The notes under the pieces were generated by a model. It ran no database searches. It saw only the letters and a list, made by a program, of their open reading frames with translations, and had not been told where the DNA came from. Both the position numbers and the translations under genes were made by a program. This document shows positions 41,908-50,132 of a DNA stretch of 64,000 nucleotides, in pieces. Numbering within the stretch: position 1 is the stretch's first letter; each line of letters begins with the position of its first letter. Location: contig JAZTXM010000002.1 in the NCBI GenBank assembly GCA_045636425.1, positions 93,951 through 157,950 on the forward strand. Reading direction: 5' to 3'. This stretch comes from Clostridia bacterium (GTDB taxonomy: Bacteria; Bacillota; Clostridia; UMGS1883).

Positions 41908-43915
41908 ATAATTCTTCTGCTTCTTTCTTTATACGCTGATATTCAATGCTCTTATCGATTGAAACCTTTTTTCCTTTTTCGGTTTCGAGCAGTGTAATCT
42001 GAACAATATCGCCCAGCTTGTTATAATTCAAAATGGCTAAATCTTTAAACACTCTAAGCACATTTAATATTTTATCACGCATAATACGTCTTCCGAGCTT
42101 TTCTGAAAGAATTCCTGAAAGGTTTGCCATGTCTTCACATATATTGCCCTTTTGGCGTAAAAACTTGTAAATATCCACAAAATCCTGCCTGTCGGGAAGA
42201 ACGTCACCAAGCCCCTTATGAGAGAAACGTATGCCGCTTAATATAAGCTGCAGCCTTGTCTGTCCGTTATACAAATTAATATTAAGCTCCCCTGCAAGGT
42301 CTACGATATCCCCTGGGCAATACTCTGATGCAAGAGAGCCTGCACCAAAAGCAATTGTTTCCACGAGACGCTTTTCGCTTTCAACCAAAAATCTGCAATG
42401 CTTTCCGTCGGAAAGAGTTTTTACATCTACAATTCTGGCATTCATAAGAGCAAACACCGGAACTTTATTTCCTGCACCGTAGGGAGCAAGAATTTCCGTT
42501 TTTCTGATTGTTGCGGCATTAATGTCCTCAACGGTTATTTTAGAATCAATAAGAAGTCTGGGAAGCTTTTCCTCTATGTCGCAGTTTTTGGCAAATTCGT
42601 TAAGACGATGGTCAAGCTCGCCAATGTATTCCTCCTTGATTGAGAAGCCTGCCGCGTATGCATGACCGCCGAACTTTTCCAGAATATCGGCACAGTTGCC
42701 CAAAGCATCAAACAAATTAAGGCCCTCCACACTTCTGCCTGAGCTTTTGCACCAATCGTCCTCAATGGATATAAGAATACATGTTTTATTATACTTCTCA
42801 CATATTCTTGAAGCCACAACTCCGATAATTCCGTGATGCCAGTTACGCTTTGCAAGTACAAGCACCTTTTTGTCGGCAATGTCTATGCTGTTAATCATTT
42901 CCACCGCCTGGTCAAAAATTATTTTTTCCTCGTTCTGGCGGTTTTTATTATCCTCGTCAAGCTTTATTGCAAGGTCCTGTGCCGTAGCTTCATCGTTCGT
43001 AAGCAAAAGGTCTACTGCAATCATAGCGTTTGACATTCTGCCTGCAGCGTTAAGCCTTGGTGCAATGGAATAGCTTACCACTGCACAATTGTTCCACTTC
43101 TGGCGAAGCCCTAAGGTAGAAATTACTGCAGCTAACCCTATGTTGGGATTTTTAGACAATTTCTCAATACCCCGTGCTGCTATTATTCTGTTTTCGTCAC
43201 GCAGGGATACCACGTCGGCAATTGTTCCCAATGCCACCAAATCAGCATACTGACTGAGCAGTTCATTTTCGCTCTTTTCACTTGCCGCACATACAAGCTT
43301 AAAGGCAACGCCTACACCTGCAAGATCCTTAAAAGGGTACTCGCAATCCATTCTTTTGGGATTTACCACTGCAACAGCACGAGGAAGCTCCGCTTTACAT
43401 TCATGATGGTCGGTTATAATAACATCGCATCCTAAGTGTGCGGCATACTCCGTTTCCTCAAAAGCGGTAATACCCGTATCAACGCTTATAATAAGCGTTG
43501 CCCCGCTTTCGTGAATTTTCTCTATTGCATTTTTGTTTATTCCGTAGCCCTCGTTCTGTCTGTCGGGTATGTACGCCTGAGCAGAAACACCCTGCTCCCG
43601 AAGATAACTCACCACAAGTGCCGTAGATGTAATGCCGTCAACATCATAGTCGCCGTATACAACAACATGCTCCTTGTTTTCGATGGCTTTTTTTATGCGG
43701 GCAACGGCTTTATCCATGTCCTTGAGCAGACTCGGCGAATAAAAGCTTCCCAAGTCCTTTTCAAGAAACCTCTTTGCATCAGCGGCATCGGTAAAGCCTC
43801 GGTTTAAAAGAACCTTGGCTACAATTGTTGGAATGTCAAAAATTTCCGAATACGCCTGTGCCTGTGCCTGACTGATATTTTCATCCAAAAATACCCATTC
43901 TTTTTCAAGCATCAT
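41900..43915 (-). CDS. recJ: Single-stranded-DNA-specific exonuclease RecJ
   Basis: 671 aa. DHH motifs (VVYGDYDVDGITS; DHH...) and a DHHA1 region. Confidence 0.9.
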   Translation of the reverse strand: MMLEKEWVFLDENISQAQAQAYSEIFDIPTIVAKVLLNRGFTDAADAKRFLEKDLGSFYSPSLLKDMDKAVARIKKAIENKEHVVVYGDYDVDGITSTALVVSYLREQGVSAQAYIPDRQNEGYGINKNAIEKIHESGATLIISVDTGITAFEETEYAAHLGCDVIITDHHECKAELPRAVAVVNPKRMDCEYPFKDLAGVGVAFKLVCAASEKSENELLSQYADLVALGTIADVVSLRDENRIIAARGIEKLSKNPNIGLAAVISTLGLRQKWNNCAVVSYSIAPRLNAAGRMSNAMIAVDLLLTNDEATAQDLAIKLDEDNKNRQNEEKIIFDQAVEMINSIDIADKKVLVLAKRNWHHGIIGVVASRICEKYNKTCILISIEDDWCKSSGRSVEGLNLFDALGNCADILEKFGGHAYAAGFSIKEEYIGELDHRLNEFAKNCDIEEKLPRLLIDSKITVEDINAATIRKTEILAPYGAGNKVPVFALMNARIVDVKTLSDGKHCRFLVESEKRLVETIAFGAGSLASEYCPGDIVDLAGELNINLYNGQTRLQLILSGIRFSHKGLGDVLPDRQDFVDIYKFLRQKGNICEDMANLSGILSEKLGRRIMRDKILNVLRVFKDLAILNYNKLGDIVQITLLETEKGKKVSIDKSIEYQRIKKEAEELYG

Positions 43916-44011
43916 TTTCCCTTCTTTCGTATATAACTAACTATAATAGATTAATTATATCATAAGTAATTACAGGTTTCAATATTTTTTGAAAGGAAAA
44001 GGTTATAAAAT

Positions 44012-44959
44012 ATGTGTACGGCAATTTCATTGTGCGGTCAGAAGCACTTTTTCGGAAGAAACTTAGATTTCGAGCACCCCTTTGGAGAGAAAATTGTGAT
44101 TACCCCGCGTAATTTCCCCCTTGATTTCCGCCACACGGATTCAATCCATTCTCATTATGCCATGATAGGAATGGGGATTGTGTCCGATGGCTATCCGCTG
44201 TATTTTGATGCAACAAATGAAAAAGGGCTTAGCATGGCAGGGCTTCTTTTTTCAGGATATGCACATTACCACAATATTAACCCGAAATGCACAAACCTTG
44301 CCCCTTTCGAGGTAATTCCCTGGATTTTGTCGCAATGCCCGGGCACGGAGGAAGCAAAAGAATTGCTTGGAAAAATCAGCATCGCGGACACCCATTTCAG
44401 CAGTGAATATCCAAACACTCCCCTGCACTGGATTATCAGCGACAGAAAATGCAGTATTGTATTGGAATCGGTGAAGGAGGGCATAAAAATTTACGATAAT
44501 CCTACACACGTCCTTACTAATAGTCCTCCTTTTGAAATGCAGATTTTTAATCTTAACAACTATATGTCCCTTTCCCCTTTTCCTCCCGAAAACAAATTTG
44601 GAGGTAGCCTGAATCTTAAGACGTACAGCCGCGGCATGGGGGCAATGGGACTTCCTGGGGATTTTTCTTCTGCATCAAGGTTTGTCAGGGCGGCTTTTTT
44701 CAGAGCTAATTGCAGGAATGAAAAAAATGAGGCGGCACTTCTTTTTCATATGCTTAAAAACCTTTCACCGCTTCCCGGATGCGTAATTACTGAAGATGGC
44801 AAGGTTGAGGTTACCCTTTATTCCTCCTGCGTTGATACGGAAAAAGGAATATATTATTACACAACCTGTGACGGGAATAAGGTTTCCTCCGTAAGCATTG
44901 AGGAGCATGAGCTTGATTGCAATTCTTTGGCGACGTTTTCTTACAATCTCTTACATTGA
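44012..44959 (+). CDS. Choloylglycine hydrolase family (bile salt hydrolase / penicillin V acylase-like Ntn hydrolase)
   Basis: 315 aa. N-terminal MCTAISL, with Cys2 nucleophile exposed after Met removal; ...FGRNLDFE. Confidence 0.8.
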   Translation: MCTAISLCGQKHFFGRNLDFEHPFGEKIVITPRNFPLDFRHTDSIHSHYAMIGMGIVSDGYPLYFDATNEKGLSMAGLLFSGYAHYHNINPKCTNLAPFEVIPWILSQCPGTEEAKELLGKISIADTHFSSEYPNTPLHWIISDRKCSIVLESVKEGIKIYDNPTHVLTNSPPFEMQIFNLNNYMSLSPFPPENKFGGSLNLKTYSRGMGAMGLPGDFSSASRFVRAAFFRANCRNEKNEAALLFHMLKNLSPLPGCVITEDGKVEVTLYSSCVDTEKGIYYYTTCDGNKVSSVSIEEHELDCNSLATFSYNLLH

Positions 44960-45015
44960 CTCTATCTTCCCGACAGACTATAATTAAAGTATAATTGATT
45001 CGGGAGGTTATATAA

Positions 45016-45408
45016 ATGTCCGCTTCGCAGACAGATGAATTTCAGAAAAAAGTTTCGTCACTTATAGTTCGCAACAGTAATATTTTAGATATTCTTACAA
45101 AATGCCAGATTAGCTGCGGAAAGCTGTGCCGCAGCGTGGTAAAATCCGCTACAGGTTGCGGTTGTGTGGATATATCGGGGGAAAAGTCGCTTTCTGCCTT
45201 TTCTCTTTCCAAGGATTTTGATGCAAAGGAAGCCTCGGGAATGAACGGAAATTTGTGCGGTGCGTGCAAGAGCCGTGTAGAGGATGAAATCGGGGAACTT
45301 CTATTTTACATTGCAGGTATGTGCAATGCACTGGAATTAAATATGAGCGATATAATGAAAAAGGAGATTAAAAATGTGGAGGTATTAGGGAAATATAGTT
45401 TGAAGTGA
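45016..45408 (+). CDS. Cys-rich small protein with a MazG-like C-terminal motif (putative nucleotide pyrophosphohydrolase-like)
   Basis: 130 aa with eight Cys (CQISCGKLC, GCGC, CGAC). C-terminal EIGELLFYIAGMCNALELNMSDIMKKEIKN resembles the MazG helix pair. Confidence 0.35.
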   Translation: MSASQTDEFQKKVSSLIVRNSNILDILTKCQISCGKLCRSVVKSATGCGCVDISGEKSLSAFSLSKDFDAKEASGMNGNLCGACKSRVEDEIGELLFYIAGMCNALELNMSDIMKKEIKNVEVLGKYSLK

Positions 45409-45410
45409 GA

Positions 45411-45446
45411 ATGAAAAGCAGCGTGGCATTTATTTGCCCGCTGCTT
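45411..45446 (+). terminator. Intrinsic terminator (AAAGCAGCG...CGCTGCTTTTT)
   Basis: Stem-loop followed by a T-tract, directly after the CDS stop. Confidence 0.6.
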
Positions 45447-45548
45447 TTTATTCTCATTTTGATTTTCTGTATTGTCCTTTATCAACAAGACAGCAGAACC
45501 GTCCCCTTGTCCTATCTTTAGACTGTGTCAAAACTGTGCCATTGTTTT

Positions 45549-48128
45549 TTATTTGTTGAATTTTTTCAACAATACCATCATTTCTTCGTATGATATTCCG
45601 TCCTTAATGTATTTGTTAGCAGTTAAATAGCCAACCACTTTTCCGTTCTTATCTAAAATCTTAGGTGGATTTGTAGCATATTCATTAAATACACTATATT
45701 GACTATACTTGCTACCATAATTGCCATATTGGTTGAAAATACTCTTTGTTTGATATATATTACCATAAATTCCATATTCATTAGCAATACTATCTTTATC
45801 ATATTTATTTGAACTTATTTTACCCAAAAATGTTCCTGTTCCATCATCGGCATATAAATATAACGGAAATGATGAAAGCGTTATCTTTGTATTGATTGAA
45901 TAATTTCCGCCACCTTGATAGTTATTTCCGGATTGATAGTTGTTGCCAGATTGGTAATTATTTGTATTATCCTTTATTGGATGCCCGAAATTAACAGAGG
46001 TATATCCAGAAACTGGAACTGTAAAACCGAAATCAGATAGTGATACATTTTTTCCACCCAAGTACGTTTTAATAATATAATCAGTAAAATCTAAACCTTC
46101 CAAACTGCTCATCAATGCCATTACTTTATAAGTTTCAGAATTAGATGTGTCTCCTTCATTTTCAATAAAAGAAATTTTAGAATTTAGATCATAATTGTTT
46201 GGATTTATATAAAACGTTCCCATAAAGTCTGAATTGTTTGTCTGATTTGAACTACTGTAATACGATATCATTGAAAAATAAGATGGTTCATCTGGTGTTA
46301 AGCCAACGTAAGTATAAGAAGTATAGTTACCTCTGTAAATAACTGTTATAGTAATCAAATCTGTTTCTGCATTATAGTCCAACGAATAGTCTTTAAGAGC
46401 ATTACCACTTTCATATCTTTCTCTATACACTTGTTTCCCATTTATTGAGTCGTTGGCGTTACTAATAATAAAACTTTTCAGTTGATTGAAAGCATTTTTT
46501 TGTGATACAGATGAACTATTAAACACAAATGTTAATATATTGCTATCGTCTGATTCAACACCATTTTTAACCGAAGTTACAATAACATTATATCTTTTTC
46601 CATTTTCTAACCCATTATATGAAACTGTATAATCATCACAGTATTCAAACTTTAATTTTTCTCCGTTATCATCTTTATCAAACCAAAAAGTATCTTCGCC
46701 AGCTTCTTGATAATAAAAATGATAATATTCTGCTCCTTCTACTTTATCCCACTGGATATGTGCTGAACCATTTTGCTGTCTTACCACCCGAATGTTTTTA
46801 GGCGGTTCTATTTGAATATTATATCCATTTATAGTAGCAAATTCTTCCATAGTAAACATATTGTATTTACTCTCCATGGTGGAAATTTCATTTTTATTTA
46901 CTACTTCATTGATAGGCACAGCAAAATTAAGATTTTGTCCAGAGGTAAGTGTAGCGGTTGTTATACCTATAACTTCACCGTGAGAATTCAACAATGCACC
47001 CCCACTACTTCCAGGAGAAATTGGTGCAGTAATTTGTATCATTCCATTAAGTTCTTCACGATGTGAGTTTGCAACAATTCCATCTGATATTGAGTTTGCT
47101 AACCCTTGAGGATTTCCAATTGTGTAAATCTTTTCCCCTTCGCTTATCAAATCTGAATCACCAATTTTTATGTATGGAACATTTGTAGCATTCGTTTTAA
47201 TTATTGCATAATCAACCTCTTTATCATAATGCAAAACTCCCATCACTGAATAACTATGAAGTCCTGGGGGGCTAATCATAGCAAAATCAGTTCCTTCAAT
47301 AACATGATAATTGGTAATTGCCAAACCATCACTATTAATAAAAAAGCCACTTCCTACAGTTTGAAGGCCACTTCCATCCCATATAGTAACAGAAAAAACA
47401 GCTGGAGAACAAGCCGCAAATATATCCTCTGGTGTTAAGTTCTCATATGAATTTAATAATTCAGATTGCTTTCGTCCAAATGCATTATGATCATAATTTT
47501 CAATATAATCAGCAGTTGAAAAAACATTTTCTTCCTCTAATTTAAGGTACAGTGGAACTTCCGAATTGTTAATTTTAGCAACTAACGCAGCATAAGAAAT
47601 GGTAACAACATCTGCTCTTAAAAATTTTTCTGTATCAACAAATTGTGGTAACAGTCCAACCTTCTTTGCTAATCCATATGGATTATCCCAGTTAAAATCG
47701 CCATTAGCACCATCGGAATATCCTAATGCTCGCAATACAAAAGTTATATACATTTTAGAATTTGCATTTTCTGTTCCAAATGTTGTAGCAGAAGTTCCTT
47801 TAGTCAACCCGTTTTCATATGCATAACCAACATATTTATCAGCCCAAGTAGGAACATCTGTGAAAGGATGACTGCAGTTACTATTCAAGGCTTCCGCCTC
47901 TTTACCTAATACTCTAATAAGCATAACAAGAGCCTCAACTCTTGTAGGTTCACGATTAAGGTCAAAGTTTGTATCTGACACCCCTTTGAATAATCCAAGA
48001 GCTTTTAAATCTGTAGCTAATTCTTCCTCAAATGAAGTATCTCTTGATGATTGAGCATAAGTACTTTGAGGAATTATGCAGACTATCAAAGTAAAACATA
48101 GAAGTACCGATAAAATTGTTTTTTTCAT
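45549..48128 (-). CDS. Secreted S-layer-homology (SLH)-anchored trypsin-like serine protease with Fn3 domain and a low-complexity C-terminal region
   Basis: Start at MKKTILSVLL (signal peptide). SLH-like repeats (PFTDVPTWADKYVGYAYENGL...ITFVLRALGY; TRVEALVMLIRVLG). S1 protease block GSGFFINSDGLAITNYHV...GNPQGL...PISPGSSGGALLNSHGEVIGITTA. Fn3-like VRQQNGSAHIQWDKVEGAEYYHFYY. Confidence 0.75.
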   Translation of the reverse strand: MKKTILSVLLCFTLIVCIIPQSTYAQSSRDTSFEEELATDLKALGLFKGVSDTNFDLNREPTRVEALVMLIRVLGKEAEALNSNCSHPFTDVPTWADKYVGYAYENGLTKGTSATTFGTENANSKMYITFVLRALGYSDGANGDFNWDNPYGLAKKVGLLPQFVDTEKFLRADVVTISYAALVAKINNSEVPLYLKLEEENVFSTADYIENYDHNAFGRKQSELLNSYENLTPEDIFAACSPAVFSVTIWDGSGLQTVGSGFFINSDGLAITNYHVIEGTDFAMISPPGLHSYSVMGVLHYDKEVDYAIIKTNATNVPYIKIGDSDLISEGEKIYTIGNPQGLANSISDGIVANSHREELNGMIQITAPISPGSSGGALLNSHGEVIGITTATLTSGQNLNFAVPINEVVNKNEISTMESKYNMFTMEEFATINGYNIQIEPPKNIRVVRQQNGSAHIQWDKVEGAEYYHFYYQEAGEDTFWFDKDDNGEKLKFEYCDDYTVSYNGLENGKRYNVIVTSVKNGVESDDSNILTFVFNSSSVSQKNAFNQLKSFIISNANDSINGKQVYRERYESGNALKDYSLDYNAETDLITITVIYRGNYTSYTYVGLTPDEPSYFSMISYYSSSNQTNNSDFMGTFYINPNNYDLNSKISFIENEGDTSNSETYKVMALMSSLEGLDFTDYIIKTYLGGKNVSLSDFGFTVPVSGYTSVNFGHPIKDNTNNYQSGNNYQSGNNYQGGGNYSINTKITLSSFPLYLYADDGTGTFLGKISSNKYDKDSIANEYGIYGNIYQTKSIFNQYGNYGSKYSQYSVFNEYATNPPKILDKNGKVVGYLTANKYIKDGISYEEMMVLLKKFNK
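45911..45964 (-). repeat. Three tandem imperfect 18-nt repeats encoding (N-N-Y-Q-S/G-G)x3 within the protease C-terminal region
   Basis: Direct repeats visible in both nucleotide and protein (NNYQSGNNYQSGNNYQGGGNY). Confidence 0.7.
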
Positions 48129-48224
48129 GAGAATAACCATTCCTTTCACAATGTTAATAAATATAAAAAAGTGCATAGTCCCTATATCAGAACTATGCAC
48201 CGAAAAACACACAAATCTGGTATA

Positions 48225-48375
48225 AGGTTGCTAGACTCTTATATTACTCGCATCTTATACAGAGAAGTTTTACCAGATAGTATGCTTTTGCCATTAGCAT
48301 ACTTCTTCTGTATAAAAATAATGCGAGACCTACAAGAAATTACAATAACTCCATTATATTTTAGAGTCTAGCATA
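48225..48375 (-). repeat. Long imperfect nested inverted repeat in the protease 5' leader/promoter region (GCTAGACTCT...AGAGTCTAGC; CTCGCAT...ATGCGAG; AGTATGC...GCATACT)
   Basis: Three nested complementary segment pairs read from the sequence. AT-rich region with no ORF. Confidence 0.4.
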
Positions 48376-48441
48376 TATATTATAACACAGCTTTACCTAT
48401 ATGTAAATATCTTTGAACAAATTTACAAAAATTCAACGACC

Positions 48442-48484
48442 AAAAAAACGACAAGTATTGAATCATCAATCCTTGTCGTTTTTA
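48442..48484 (-). terminator. Intrinsic terminator of the S1-domain gene (minus strand: ACGACAAGG...CTTGTCGT + U7)
   Basis: Stem-loop followed by a U-tract, in minus-strand orientation. Confidence 0.75.
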
Positions 48485-48493
48485 CATTTTCCC

Positions 48494-48916
48494 TTACTTT
48501 CTTCTGCTTCCGCGTTTGGATTCTACATTGCGTTTGATATCAAGCATTCTGGCGTCACTTGACTGCTTGAAGCTTGCCATCATATCCTCAAAAGACATAT
48601 CCTTCTGGGTATTCTCACTGTTCCAGTCAATTTCCGCAGGCTTACCTGAAAAAGGAGCCGCACCCCTGCGCGTAAAATTATTTTCCTGCGCCTTTTTTAT
48701 TGAAAGGCTGATTTTTCCCTTTTCATCAAGAGAAAGAACCTTTACCTTAACCTGCTGTCCTACGGAAAGATGCTCATTAATATCCTTAACGTAATTACGA
48801 GCCACCTCCGAAATATGTACGAGACCGGTCTCCCCGTCGGGCAAATCTACAAATGCTCCGAATCCCGTAATCCCTGAAACTTTACCTTCAACAATTTGTC
48901 CTACTTCAAGTGCCAT
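48494..48916 (-). CDS. S1 RNA-binding domain protein (YabR / general stress protein 13-like)
   Basis: 140 aa. VGQIVEGKVSGITGFGAFVDL...GLVHISE is an S1 domain. Confidence 0.8.
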   Translation of the reverse strand: MALEVGQIVEGKVSGITGFGAFVDLPDGETGLVHISEVARNYVKDINEHLSVGQQVKVKVLSLDEKGKISLSIKKAQENNFTRRGAAPFSGKPAEIDWNSENTQKDMSFEDMMASFKQSSDARMLDIKRNVESKRGSRRK

Positions 48917-48956
48917 AAAGGTGATATACCCCTTTCAGTATGTAAAAATAATAAAC

Positions 48957-49280
48957 TTAGTTACCAATGACGAAAACAACTTCGTTTTCAAGAACATAGC
49001 CCTCGTCACGAGCCTTTTTCTCGTAATAATCGGAAGAGGCGTTAGCATCGCTCTGCTGCTTTGCCAATTCGTATTCCTCTTTCTTTGCTTTGTATTCATT
49101 TTCGCACTTTATCCTATCCTCGCGAATACCCCAAAGGCGCTGCTGAAGTGACATAAATGTGTATAAAAAGCTGCCAAGCACTAAAAGCACTATTGCAAGA
49201 CGTATGTAATCACTGCTTTTTCTTCTACGTTTTTTCGCTGTAGGACTTTTTACAACTTTATGCACACAACTCACCTCCAC
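48957..49280 (-). CDS. divIC: Septum formation initiator family protein (DivIC/FtsB-like)
   Basis: 107 aa. Basic N-terminus, single TM, then a coiled-coil; position conserved after yabQ. Confidence 0.6.
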   Translation of the reverse strand: MEVSCVHKVVKSPTAKKRRRKSSDYIRLAIVLLVLGSFLYTFMSLQQRLWGIREDRIKCENEYKAKKEEYELAKQQSDANASSDYYEKKARDEGYVLENEVVFVIGN

Positions 49281-49323
49281 AACCTATAGTATAACGTAAA
49301 GTAATCTGTTTGTAAAGATTTTT

Positions 49324-49812
49324 TTACAACATTTTAATTCTTTTTTTGAGCTTTTTTGTACGCCTTTGAAGCTTGGATAATATATTTTTTATTATCTTTT
49401 TCCTTTTTGCCGAAAACATCTTCCGCAAAAACAAAATTTTCTTTATGGGGTATAGTGCTGATTTAAATATTTTTTTTATGGGAGTAATAATCAATTTCAC
49501 GGTTAAATCCAATATTTTTCCACAGATTTTCATAAAAAGCGGGCTTAAAAATGCGGCATAAAACAATGCACCGCTTATGCTCCCAAGAATAAGATAGTAT
49601 CTTATGGCTCCCTCATCAAAGAGGTATCCCACAGACAGGGTAATCCCGACACAAAAAAGAGTGAAAATAACATCTTCAAGTGCAGTTCTCCACTCCCCTG
49701 CATGAAGTTTTTTGCGGAGCGAACGCTGAATGTCAAAAAACATTCCGCACAGCATCCCTGAGCACAGACTGATTGCAAACACATAAAGCTGACTGAGGGA
49801 AGAAACTTCCAT
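49324..49812 (-). CDS. yabQ: Spore cortex biosynthesis protein YabQ
   Basis: 162 aa, polytopic, follows yabP with a 1-nt overlap. Confidence 0.6.
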   Translation of the reverse strand: MEVSSLSQLYVFAISLCSGMLCGMFFDIQRSLRKKLHAGEWRTALEDVIFTLFCVGITLSVGYLFDEGAIRYYLILGSISGALFYAAFLSPLFMKICGKILDLTVKLIITPIKKIFKSALYPIKKILFLRKMFSAKRKKIIKNILSKLQRRTKKLKKRIKML

Positions 49813-50087
49813 TATTTAAGAACCCTCCTGAGAAAGCCTTCTCTTTCGCTCCTTCCGGGAGTGTATACACATCCGTTGATTTCGCCCTCTATAAAAATTT
49901 CCCCCGTTTCCGTGGAAAGCTTTTTCACTTTCATGTTGCTTCCCGTGACAGTGAGCAGATGATTCTCCGTAACAAGTACAATTTTATCCGTTGAAAAGCT
50001 CTCAACGTCCTTAACCCCTCCTGCGGTAAGCTTTTGTCTGTTTTCGATAATTATGTTCCCCAATTTTTTATTCGTTGTTTCAGTCAT
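49812..50087 (-). CDS. yabP: Sporulation protein YabP
   Basis: 91 aa. ...VESFSTDKIVLVTENHLLTVTGSNMKVKKLSTETGEIFIEGEI matches the YabP pattern. Confidence 0.7.
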   Translation of the reverse strand: MTETTNKKLGNIIIENRQKLTAGGVKDVESFSTDKIVLVTENHLLTVTGSNMKVKKLSTETGEIFIEGEINGCVYTPGRSEREGFLRRVLK

Positions 50088-50094
50088 ATAAAAA

Positions 50095-50131
50095 CCCCCT
50101 TGTCTTACATTATATTAAGACAAGGGGGGAT
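50095..50131 (-). terminator. Intrinsic terminator of uvrA whose 3' arm contains the yabP SD
   Basis: Minus strand: CCCCCCTTGTCTTA-atataatg-TAAGACAAGGGGG + UUUUUAU, then the ATG of yabP 7 nt later. Confidence 0.7.
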
Positions 50132-50132
50132 T

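Noticed and set aside
45911-45964. CRISPR-like or other noncoding tandem repeat
   Set aside because: The repeats are in-frame 18-nt units inside the protease CDS encoding NNYQSG. No spacer/repeat architecture is present.
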